Origin: an uncultured Pelagibacteraceae bacterium
Lineage (GTDB): Bacteria > Pseudomonadota > Alphaproteobacteria > Pelagibacterales > Pelagibacteraceae
DNA length: 64,000 nt
Assembly: GCA_902596185.1 (NCBI GenBank)
Contig: CACJSX010000002.1
Span: 10,779 to 74,778 of the forward strand
Direction of reading: 5' to 3'
Shown: positions 29,269 through 37,015 of the stretch, piece by piece
Layout of the letters: each line of letters begins with the position of its first letter
Position numbering within the stretch: the first letter of the stretch is position 1
The notes under the pieces: model-generated
What the model was told of the DNA's origin: nothing
Seen by the model: the letters and a program-made list of their open reading frames with translations, nothing else
Databases searched by the model: none
Translations under genes and position numbers: made by a program

Positions 29269-30138
29269 TTACTTCCTAAATCTTTTAATTAAACTTGAAG
29301 TATCCCATCTATTACCTTTCATATTCTGTACTTCCCCATAATATTTATCAACTATTTCTGTAATAGGTAATAATGATCCATTATTTTTAGCTTCATCCAT
29401 AGCAATTTTTAAATCTTTTCTCATCCAATCAACTGCAAAACCAAAATCAAATTTATCATCAATCATTGTTTTATATCTATTTTCCATTTGCCATGACTGA
29501 GCTGCTCCCTTTGAAATAACTTCGATTACGTCTTCCATATTTAATCCAGCTTTCATCCCAAAATTTATTCCTTCGGACAGACCTTGGACTAATCCAGCAA
29601 TACATATTTGATTTACCATTTTAGCTAACTGACCACTTCCAGCTGATCCTAACAATTTCATTTTTTTGCTATAACAATCTATTTTATCTTGTGCTTTATC
29701 GAAGTCAGTTTGATCACCACCAATCATTACAGTTAAAGCACCATTTTCAGCACCTGCTTGACCACCAGAAACCGGTGCATCTAATGCGCCAAATCCATTT
29801 TTTTTTGAATATTCGTATATCTCTCTTGCTATAGTTGCTGAAGCGGTTGTGTTATCAACATAGACTGCACCTTTTTGAATATTTTTGAAAGCACCATTTT
29901 CTCCAAAGGTTACCTCTCTTAAGTCGTTATCATTACCAACACATGTAAAAATATATTCGGCATCCTTTGCTGCTTCAGCAGGTGTTTCTGCTATTTTACC
30001 TTTATATTCACCAATCCATTTTTCGGCTTTTGATTTGGTTCTATTAAAAACAGTTACATTGTGTCCAGCTTTTGATATATATCCAGCCATTGGGTAGCCC
30101 ATAACCCCAAGACCTATGAAAGCAACATTACAAGTCAT
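29269..30138 (-). CDS. beta-hydroxyacid dehydrogenase (3-hydroxyisobutyrate dehydrogenase / tartronate semialdehyde reductase family)
   Basis: FIGLGVMG, DAPVSGG, GQLAKMVNQ, MRKDL. Confidence 0.9.
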   Translation of the reverse strand: MTCNVAFIGLGVMGYPMAGYISKAGHNVTVFNRTKSKAEKWIGEYKGKIAETPAEAAKDAEYIFTCVGNDNDLREVTFGENGAFKNIQKGAVYVDNTTASATIAREIYEYSKKNGFGALDAPVSGGQAGAENGALTVMIGGDQTDFDKAQDKIDCYSKKMKLLGSAGSGQLAKMVNQICIAGLVQGLSEGINFGMKAGLNMEDVIEVISKGAAQSWQMENRYKTMIDDKFDFGFAVDWMRKDLKIAMDEAKNNGSLLPITEIVDKYYGEVQNMKGNRWDTSSLIKRFRK

Positions 30139-30150
30139 AATTTTTTTTCT

Positions 30151-31356
30151 ATGTTTAAAAGTTTAAGTTTAAAAGTAATTGTATTTGGTTTTATTTTTAC
30201 ATTTTTTTCTAGTTTTGGACAGAGTTTTTTTCTTGGGTTATTTAATTCTAGTATTAGAGACGCATTATCAATTACACATGGACAATTTGGCTCAATTTAT
30301 GCATCAGCCACTTTATTAAGTAGTATTGTTTTAGTTTGGATTGGAAAAAAAATTGATGACGTAAACATATTAAAGTTTGCATCTTATGTAATAATTTTTT
30401 TATCAGCTTCCTGTTTTATATTTTCAAAGATTTCATCTATTATTTTTTTATTTATAGGAATTTTTTTAATGCGTTTAGCTGGACAAGGTTTATCAAGTCA
30501 CACAGCAACAACAACTATATCTCGTTTTTTTGAAAAAAATCGAGGAAGAGCTTTGAGTACTGGTTGGTTAGGATTGTCATTAGCTGAATTTATAATGCCA
30601 GTTTTGATTGTTTTTTTATTAACTTTTATAGAATGGAGAGATATTTGGGTTTCAATATCTATTTTAGTTATACTTGTTTTACCAATTGCAACTTTTCTTT
30701 TAGTTAAAGAGGTTAAGCTTGATACTAGAGAAGAATCTAAATTAGAAGTCAATAATAAAAAAATTAAACAATGGAAAAGAATAGAAGTTTTAAAAGATTA
30801 TAGATTTTATATCATTTGTATGACGATGTTAGCAATGCCATGGATTGCTACAGGATCTTTTGTTTATCAGTCTTTTATATCTTCTTCTAAAGAGTGGGGA
30901 CCTTATGTGATTGCACAATCATTTATGGCTTACTCAATTTTATCAGTGATTACTCTTTTTATATCTGGTTTTTTAATTGATAAATTTTCAAGTCGAAAAT
31001 TATTAATCTATATGAATATCCCACTTCTTTTTGGTACTATAGTTCTCTACTATTTTGATGCACCGATGTCTTCTTTTATATTTTTTGGTTTAGTAGGGGT
31101 CACCAATGGTTTGGCAAACGTACTTGGTTCTTCAACCTGGGCTGAGATTTATGGTGTTAAATATATTGGATCTATAAAAGCCTTAACAACTGCATTGATG
31201 GTATTTTCAACAGCATTTGGCACAGCTTTATTTGGCTTTCTGATTGATAGTGGTTTTTCAATTGAACAAATAGCCGTTGTTTCAGGAACTTATATCTTTG
31301 GCTCAATTATCCTTCTTTATTTGGTTAAAAATAAGCTAAATCCTAATTATTTATAA
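30151..31356 (+). CDS. MFS transporter
   Basis: About 12 TM segments, GKKID and GFLIDKFSSR motif A-like loops. Confidence 0.88.
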   Translation: MFKSLSLKVIVFGFIFTFFSSFGQSFFLGLFNSSIRDALSITHGQFGSIYASATLLSSIVLVWIGKKIDDVNILKFASYVIIFLSASCFIFSKISSIIFLFIGIFLMRLAGQGLSSHTATTTISRFFEKNRGRALSTGWLGLSLAEFIMPVLIVFLLTFIEWRDIWVSISILVILVLPIATFLLVKEVKLDTREESKLEVNNKKIKQWKRIEVLKDYRFYIICMTMLAMPWIATGSFVYQSFISSSKEWGPYVIAQSFMAYSILSVITLFISGFLIDKFSSRKLLIYMNIPLLFGTIVLYYFDAPMSSFIFFGLVGVTNGLANVLGSSTWAEIYGVKYIGSIKALTTALMVFSTAFGTALFGFLIDSGFSIEQIAVVSGTYIFGSIILLYLVKNKLNPNYL

Positions 31357-31364
31357 AATAGACC

Positions 31365-31393
31365 TTGATTTTTAAAGAGTCACTGTGTAGATA
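31365..31393 (+). promoter_or_regulatory. putative sigma70 promoter giving leaderless rpoZ mRNA
   Basis: TTGATT, 17 nt, TAGATA, 6 nt, ATG(31400); no Shine-Dalgarno. Confidence 0.5.
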
Positions 31394-31399
31394 CTCCGC

Positions 31400-31936
31400 A
31401 TGGCACGAGTAACCGTAGAAGACTGTATAGATAAAGTAGAGAGCCCTTATGAATTAGTACTAGTTGCTAAAGAAAGAGCTACTCAATTAAATGCAGGAAT
31501 AGAACCAACAATTGATAGAGATAACGATAAAAATACTGTTATTTCATTAAGAGAAATTGCTGAGGAAAAAATTAAAGTTTCAGATTTAACCGATAGCGCT
31601 GTTTACAAACTTAGAAAACATGTTGAACAAGTTGACGATACAGCAGAGGATGATGAAGAAATAGGTGATGATTTTGAAAGTTTATACAAAGGTGAAATTT
31701 CAAAAAGTGGAACACCAATATTGCCATCTAAAAGAGCAAGAAAAACACCTGAAAAAATTCAAGTTACAAAAGAAGATTTGGCTGAGCTATCAGAAACAGC
31801 TACAGCAGAAGTTGATAATTCAGTAGGGGAAGAAACTATGAATGAGCAAGGAGAAGTTTCTTTAGATGAAGTATCTGAATCAGAAAATCAAGAAGCAGAC
31901 GTATCTTCAGACGACACTGAAGCTTCAAACTCTTAA
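31400..31936 (+). CDS. rpoZ: RNA polymerase omega subunit with long acidic tail
   Basis: MARVTVEDC, ELVLVA..RA, NDKNTVISLREIA. Confidence 0.96.
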   Translation: MARVTVEDCIDKVESPYELVLVAKERATQLNAGIEPTIDRDNDKNTVISLREIAEEKIKVSDLTDSAVYKLRKHVEQVDDTAEDDEEIGDDFESLYKGEISKSGTPILPSKRARKTPEKIQVTKEDLAELSETATAEVDNSVGEETMNEQGEVSLDEVSESENQEADVSSDDTEASNS

Positions 31937-31958
31937 AAAAATAATATAAAGTTATACC

Positions 31959-32951
31959 ATGAATAGGAAAGTATCAGTTGCTCCTATGATGGATTGTACA
32001 GATCGTCATGAACGATTTTTTCTTAGATTAATATCCAAAAACACACTTCTTTATACTGAGATGGTAGTTGATGAAGCCATAAATAGAGGAGATAAAAAAA
32101 AGTTACTAGAGTTTAATATTAATGAGAAACCTGTAGCACTTCAATTAGGAGGATCTTCTCCTAAACTTTTAGCTGAAGCCACTAAAGTAGGTGAAGATTT
32201 TGGTTATGATGAAATTAATCTAAACTTAGGTTGTCCTAGTAAAAAAGTTGAAAAAAATAGATTTGGTGCATGTTTAATGAAAGAGCCAAATTTAGTTGCA
32301 GATTGTTTAAATAAAATGCAATCAGTTACAAAACTACCAGTAACTATAAAAACAAGAATTGGTTACGATGATGTGGAAGATTATGAAAATTTATATAGTT
32401 TTATTTCTACTCTAAAAACAACTGGAGTTAAAACTTTTATCATTCATGCTAGAAAAGCAATGTTGGGTAAGTTTACACCAAAGCAAAATTTAAATATTCC
32501 ACCTTTAAAATATGAGTATGTTTATAATTTAAAAGAAGATTTTCCTAATGAAGAAATCATCATCAATGGAGGAATAACTTCAGTGGATGAAATTAAACCT
32601 CATTTAGAAAAAACTGATGGCGTAATGATTGGAAGAGCTGCGTATCATACCCCTTATTTATTAGCGGATATTGAAAGAAAAATATTTAAAAATGATGATG
32701 TTCCAAGTAGACAAGATGTAATTGAACAACTCATTCCTTATGTGAAAGAAGAATTAAAAAAAGGAACAAGATTAAATCAAATCATGAGACACACTCTTGG
32801 TTTATTTCATGGTCAAACAGGTGCAAGTTATTGGAAAAGGTATTTAAGTGAAAACATGTGTGTAAGAGATGCTGATGTGAAAAAAATTGATCACATCATG
32901 GATAAAATTAAATACAACAATGTATATACTAGAGTAGGGCAGTCTGCTTAA
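31959..32951 (+). CDS. dusA: tRNA dihydrouridine(20/20a) synthase
   Basis: VAPMMDCTDRH, LQLGGS, NLNLGCPS, FGACLM, HARKA, GVMIGRAAY. Confidence 0.94.
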   Translation: MNRKVSVAPMMDCTDRHERFFLRLISKNTLLYTEMVVDEAINRGDKKKLLEFNINEKPVALQLGGSSPKLLAEATKVGEDFGYDEINLNLGCPSKKVEKNRFGACLMKEPNLVADCLNKMQSVTKLPVTIKTRIGYDDVEDYENLYSFISTLKTTGVKTFIIHARKAMLGKFTPKQNLNIPPLKYEYVYNLKEDFPNEEIIINGGITSVDEIKPHLEKTDGVMIGRAAYHTPYLLADIERKIFKNDDVPSRQDVIEQLIPYVKEELKKGTRLNQIMRHTLGLFHGQTGASYWKRYLSENMCVRDADVKKIDHIMDKIKYNNVYTRVGQSA

Positions 32952-32991
32952 TTCAATTTTAACAAATGATTACAGTTATATTATTTTATTA

Positions 32992-33777
32992 ATGGCCTTA
33001 ACAGCTATACCAGTTGGATTTGTTGCTGGTTTATTTGGTATTGGAGGAGGGTTGATAACTGTTCCCTTTTTATATTTTATTTTCGGTTCTTTAGAAATTG
33101 ATCCCAAATATGTTATGCACCTTGCTGTAGGAACTTCCTTTGCAATTATAATACCAACATCTACAGTCTCAGTTTTAACACATCATAAATTTAAAGCGGT
33201 TGATTTTGATATTGTTAAGAATTACGGTCTGTTTGTTGTACTAGGAGTTATTGTTGGAACTGTTTTTGCTGCTTCTTTAAAAACAAAGTCTTTAGTTTTG
33301 TTTTTTTCTATAATGATCTTATTTCTAGGAATTTATTTATTATTAATAAAAGAAAAGGAACAAAACATAATTGTTAAAATGAAATTACACCTAAAAGTAT
33401 TTCTTGGCTTTCTAGTCGGGTTTATATCTGCACCTATGGGTATAGGAGGAGCCGTAATGAATGTTCCTATTCTTAAGTTTTTTGGTTATTCAATAAATAA
33501 AGCAATAGGAAGTGCAGCAGCTATAGGTTTTTTAATTGCTTTATTTGGAGCAATAGGTTTTTTAATTTCAGGAAATTATTTAAATTCAAGTCTTCCATTA
33601 AGTATTGGTTTTATAAATCTCCCTGCTTTTTTAATTTTTATACCAATTACAACTTTCATGGCACGGATTGGAGCTAAAACAGTTCATAGTATTGATAAAA
33701 AAAAAATTAGTAAGTTTTTTGGAATTTTTCTTTTAGTCGTTTCGATTAAATTTTTTTATGAATACTTGAAATTATAA
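32992..33777 (+). CDS. TauE/SafE (TSUP) family membrane transporter
   Basis: AGLFGIGGGLITVP, AVGTS, MGIGG..VP. Confidence 0.9.
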   Translation: MALTAIPVGFVAGLFGIGGGLITVPFLYFIFGSLEIDPKYVMHLAVGTSFAIIIPTSTVSVLTHHKFKAVDFDIVKNYGLFVVLGVIVGTVFAASLKTKSLVLFFSIMILFLGIYLLLIKEKEQNIIVKMKLHLKVFLGFLVGFISAPMGIGGAVMNVPILKFFGYSINKAIGSAAAIGFLIALFGAIGFLISGNYLNSSLPLSIGFINLPAFLIFIPITTFMARIGAKTVHSIDKKKISKFFGIFLLVVSIKFFYEYLKL

Positions 33778-33782
33778 CAAGC

Positions 33783-33821
33783 AAAAAAAAAGAGGTGACT
33801 TCAGTCTCCCTCCATCACCTC
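33783..33821 (-). terminator. intrinsic terminator-like hairpin with U9 tract (3' end of candidate sRNA)
   Basis: Minus strand GAGGTGA-TGGAGGGAGACTGAAG-TCACCTC followed by nine T. Confidence 0.6.
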
Positions 33822-33994
33822 ACGAATCTAAATTAAGTGATTCTTTACATATTTATGAACACTTATTAGTTGTAAATGGTCTTTATTAACTAATTTAAAA
33901 TCGGACAATCTTGAGTTGTATTTAGTTTTAAATAAAAACTCAAATTAGCCACACATAATATTTAGTGTTATTATTCTAATTGATACTTTTAAAA

Positions 33995-35098
33995 ATGGTT
34001 TCAATAAAAGACATTAATAAAAATATTAAAAAAAATTTATTTGATCCGATCGATAAAACAAAAAATAAGTTTTCCTCAATTTTAGAAGATTTTAAAAAAA
34101 ACAAAGTTAAAAAAGATTTAGCATTACAAAAACAATTAGAAAAAGAAAAAAAAAGAGAATTAATTTTAGAAAAAAAACTAGCAAAAAAAGCTAAACAAGA
34201 CGAGCTCAAAGAAGAAAGAAAGAAAATCCTTTTTCAAAAAAAATTAATTATTGAAAATGAAAAGCAAGAAAAAAGGAATGAAGAAAAAAGACAAAAAATA
34301 GAAGTTCAAAGAATTAAAATAGAACAGAAAAAAATTAAAGACGAAGAAACAAGAAAACTTAGAGAAGAAGCGAGAAAGCTCAAGCAAGAAGATTTAAGAC
34401 TTAAAATGTTAGAAAGACAAAGAATTAGAGAAGAAAGTTTTAAAATCAAAGAAGAAGAATTAAAAAATAAAGAAATTGAAGCTCAAAAGAGAAGAGATGA
34501 AAAAGAAAAAGAAAGACAAGAAAAAATAAGATTAAAAGAAATTGAAAGAAAAAATAGACTTGAGGAAGAACAAAGATTAAGAGAGGCAGCTAGGAAGCTA
34601 AAATATGAGCAAGAAAAGCTTAAAGAAATGGAAGAAAGGTTAAGAGACCTTGAAACTGAACGACAGCAAGAAATTCAAAGACAGATTTTAAAGGAAGAGG
34701 CTGAGCAAAGAGCTAAGGAAGAGGAATTAAGAATTAAAGAAAAAGAACTTAAAGAAGCTGAACGTGAAAGAATAAATAAAGAAAATGAAAGACGTCAAAG
34801 AGAAAGAGAATTGAAAATTGAGGAGGAAAGACAAAAAAGAATTGAGGAAGAAAACGAAAGAATTCGATTAGCTGAAATAGCTCAAAAAGAGAGAAGTGAA
34901 GAGGAAAATAGGCGCATGAAAGAATGGGAAAAGAAATTTGATGAAGAGCAAAGGTTAAAAGAAGAGGAGTTAGTTAGAAAGTTTTATAGTGATGAAATTC
35001 CCAAACAAGAAAATAATCAAAATGGTGATAATTTAGAAAATAATGCTGATGAGGATAATATAGGAACCAAAGCTGATGATGATAATTATAAAAATTAA
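33995..35098 (+). CDS. E/K/R-rich long helical (coiled-coil / single-alpha-helix) protein
   Basis: 1.1-kb open frame, strongly purine-biased, no Pro or Gly between DPID and EIPK. Confidence 0.75.
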   Translation: MVSIKDINKNIKKNLFDPIDKTKNKFSSILEDFKKNKVKKDLALQKQLEKEKKRELILEKKLAKKAKQDELKEERKKILFQKKLIIENEKQEKRNEEKRQKIEVQRIKIEQKKIKDEETRKLREEARKLKQEDLRLKMLERQRIREESFKIKEEELKNKEIEAQKRRDEKEKERQEKIRLKEIERKNRLEEEQRLREAARKLKYEQEKLKEMEERLRDLETERQQEIQRQILKEEAEQRAKEEELRIKEKELKEAERERINKENERRQRERELKIEEERQKRIEEENERIRLAEIAQKERSEEENRRMKEWEKKFDEEQRLKEEELVRKFYSDEIPKQENNQNGDNLENNADEDNIGTKADDDNYKN

Positions 35099-35116
35099 GT
35101 TTTTAGACCAGTGAAA

Positions 35117-35398
35117 TCAAAGATTTTTTTCACAATATAATGAAGCAAATTTTGTAGCCTCCATTATATCTTCAGGTTTTTGCTTAAATATCTCCTTAAT
35201 TTCATCATCTGTAAATTTCTCATTGAGTTTTTTTAATGTACACATGCAATAGGATTTTGCTTTTTCAGGACCTATATATTGTTTTGAATTTCCATAGCAG
35301 CCTATATAAATTTGTTGTTCAATTTCAGGGTTAAAACTTAGGGCTTTTGAGCCTAAAAATAGAAAAAAAATTAAAAAAATATTAAATTTTTTGATCAT
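35117..35398 (-). CDS. small exported hypothetical protein with four Cys
   Basis: ATG 35398 overlapping PMM 3' end; signal-like MIKKFNIFLIFFLFLGSKALS; C..CxC..C. Confidence 0.7.
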   Translation of the reverse strand: MIKKFNIFLIFFLFLGSKALSFNPEIEQQIYIGCYGNSKQYIGPEKAKSYCMCTLKKLNEKFTDDEIKEIFKQKPEDIMEATKFASLYCEKNL

Positions 35399-36836
35399 AT
35401 TCGCCAATTTTTCCAGTTTCCTGAAGCAATCTATCAATAAAATCGAATATTTTTTTCTTTCGTTCATCTGATGTTGGGCTTTCAGTGACTATTACTAATG
35501 AAGGTTTATTCGAAGAAGCTCTTATAAGCCCCCAAGAACCATCTTCGAATGAAAACCTAACTCCATTAACAGTTAAAATATCATTAATCACTTGGCCATC
35601 TATTTCAGTTTTGTTGTCTTGCAAATTTTTAATTTGTTTAACGAGCTCTTCAACAACAATATACTTTTCTTCATCTTTGCAAAATGGTGCCATTGTTGGT
35701 GTTTGAAATGTGTTAGGTAATTCGGCAATAATTTCACTTATTTTTTTATTTTGGTTATCTAATAAGTGACATACTTGAATTGCTGAATTGATACCGTCAT
35801 CATACCCAAAACCTAATGGTTGATTGAAGAAAAAATGTCCACTTTTTTCAAATCCAGCCAAAGCTTTTTCAGTGTTTACTTTTCTTTTAATGTGAGAATG
35901 ACCTGTTTTCCAATAAATTGTTTCACAATTGTTTTCAATTAATATTTTATCTTTTGAAAATAAACCTGTTGATTTTACATCTACTATAAATTTAGAATTT
36001 TTATGTTTGTTTGATAAATTTCTAGCTATTAAAAGTCCTATCTTATCTGAAAATATTTCGTTACCCTTATCATCAATAACACCAACTCTATCTCCATCTC
36101 CATCAAATCCGAAACCTATATCAGCATGGTTTTCTTTAACTACTTTTGCTATTTCATGAAGCATTTCTAGATCCTCTGGATTTGGATTGTATTTAGGAAA
36201 ATTCCAATCTAGGTTACAATCTAATTCAATTACTTCACAACCAATACCTCTTAAAATATCTGGAGCAAAAACTCCAGCTGTTCCATTACCACAAGCCACC
36301 ACAGCTTTTATTTTTTTCTTAATTTTATTTTTACTAATTAAGTCTTCCTTATAAATTTTATCAAAATCTTTTATTTGTTTTTCGTTACCTTCACCTTTTA
36401 TAAATTTTTCATTTAAGGTAATTTCTTTTAATTCCTTCATTTCTTCAGGTGCATGAGTAAGTCCTTTTTTGATTCCCATTTTGACACCAGTCCAACCATT
36501 TTCATTATGACTTGCTGTAACCATAGCAACTGAATCTGTATCTAAATTAAATTGTGCAAAATAAACCATTGGAGATAATGACAAACCAATATCTTCTATA
36601 TTGCATCCTGTAGATATTAATCCTTTTTTAAGAGCTTTTTTTATTTCTTCACTATAAGAACGATAATCATGACCTACTATAATTCTAGGATTATCTTTTT
36701 TTGTATGTTTTTTTATTTGTGTTCCAAGCCCTTTTCCAAGATTCTCTATACCAGCTAAATTTATGTCTTTTTCATACAACCAACGAGCGTCATATTCTCT
36801 AAAACCAAATGGGTCTATTTTTACTTTTTGATTCAT
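35382..36836 (-). CDS. phosphomannomutase/phosphoglucomutase
   Basis: FREYDAR, TASHN, FDGDGDR, EKSGH, RASSN. Confidence 0.94.
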   Translation of the reverse strand: MNQKVKIDPFGFREYDARWLYEKDINLAGIENLGKGLGTQIKKHTKKDNPRIIVGHDYRSYSEEIKKALKKGLISTGCNIEDIGLSLSPMVYFAQFNLDTDSVAMVTASHNENGWTGVKMGIKKGLTHAPEEMKELKEITLNEKFIKGEGNEKQIKDFDKIYKEDLISKNKIKKKIKAVVACGNGTAGVFAPDILRGIGCEVIELDCNLDWNFPKYNPNPEDLEMLHEIAKVVKENHADIGFGFDGDGDRVGVIDDKGNEIFSDKIGLLIARNLSNKHKNSKFIVDVKSTGLFSKDKILIENNCETIYWKTGHSHIKRKVNTEKALAGFEKSGHFFFNQPLGFGYDDGINSAIQVCHLLDNQNKKISEIIAELPNTFQTPTMAPFCKDEEKYIVVEELVKQIKNLQDNKTEIDGQVINDILTVNGVRFSFEDGSWGLIRASSNKPSLVIVTESPTSDERKKKIFDFIDRLLQETGKIGEYDQKI

Positions 36837-36892
36837 TACCTATTTTCTTACTCTTTTTTTGTTAATTTCTTGCAAAAAAATTTATTTTTTTA

Positions 36893-36921
36893 TTGATTAT
36901 CATTTTGTCGCGTTCTATAAA
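36893..36921 (+). promoter_or_regulatory. putative sigma70 promoter of nrdAB
   Basis: TTGATT, 17 nt, TATAAA. Confidence 0.55.
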
Positions 36922-36926
36922 TGTTC
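36912..36926 (+). promoter_or_regulatory. alphaproteobacterial LexA (SOS) box
   Basis: Exact GTTC-N7-GTTC (GTTCtataaatGTTC) straddling the -10 hexamer. Confidence 0.65.
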
Positions 36927-36966
36927 TGTTGTACAAAAGTTTATATAGTATATTAACCTTAAACGC

Positions 36967-37010
36967 CTACAACATATAGTTGTTTTCGTAACAATAACAA
37001 AATATAGTAA
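36967..37010 (+). promoter_or_regulatory. tandem NrdR boxes
   Basis: ctaCAACATATAGttg (36967-36982) and taaCAAAATATAGtaa (36995-37010) match the CwAyATATwG core directly upstream of nrdA. Confidence 0.65.
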
Positions 37011-37015
37011 AATTT

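Noticed and set aside
34000-35050. Tandem DNA repeat or CRISPR-like array in the GAA/AAA-rich stretch
   Set aside because: Low complexity arises from Glu/Lys/Arg codons; no fixed-length repeat-spacer pattern
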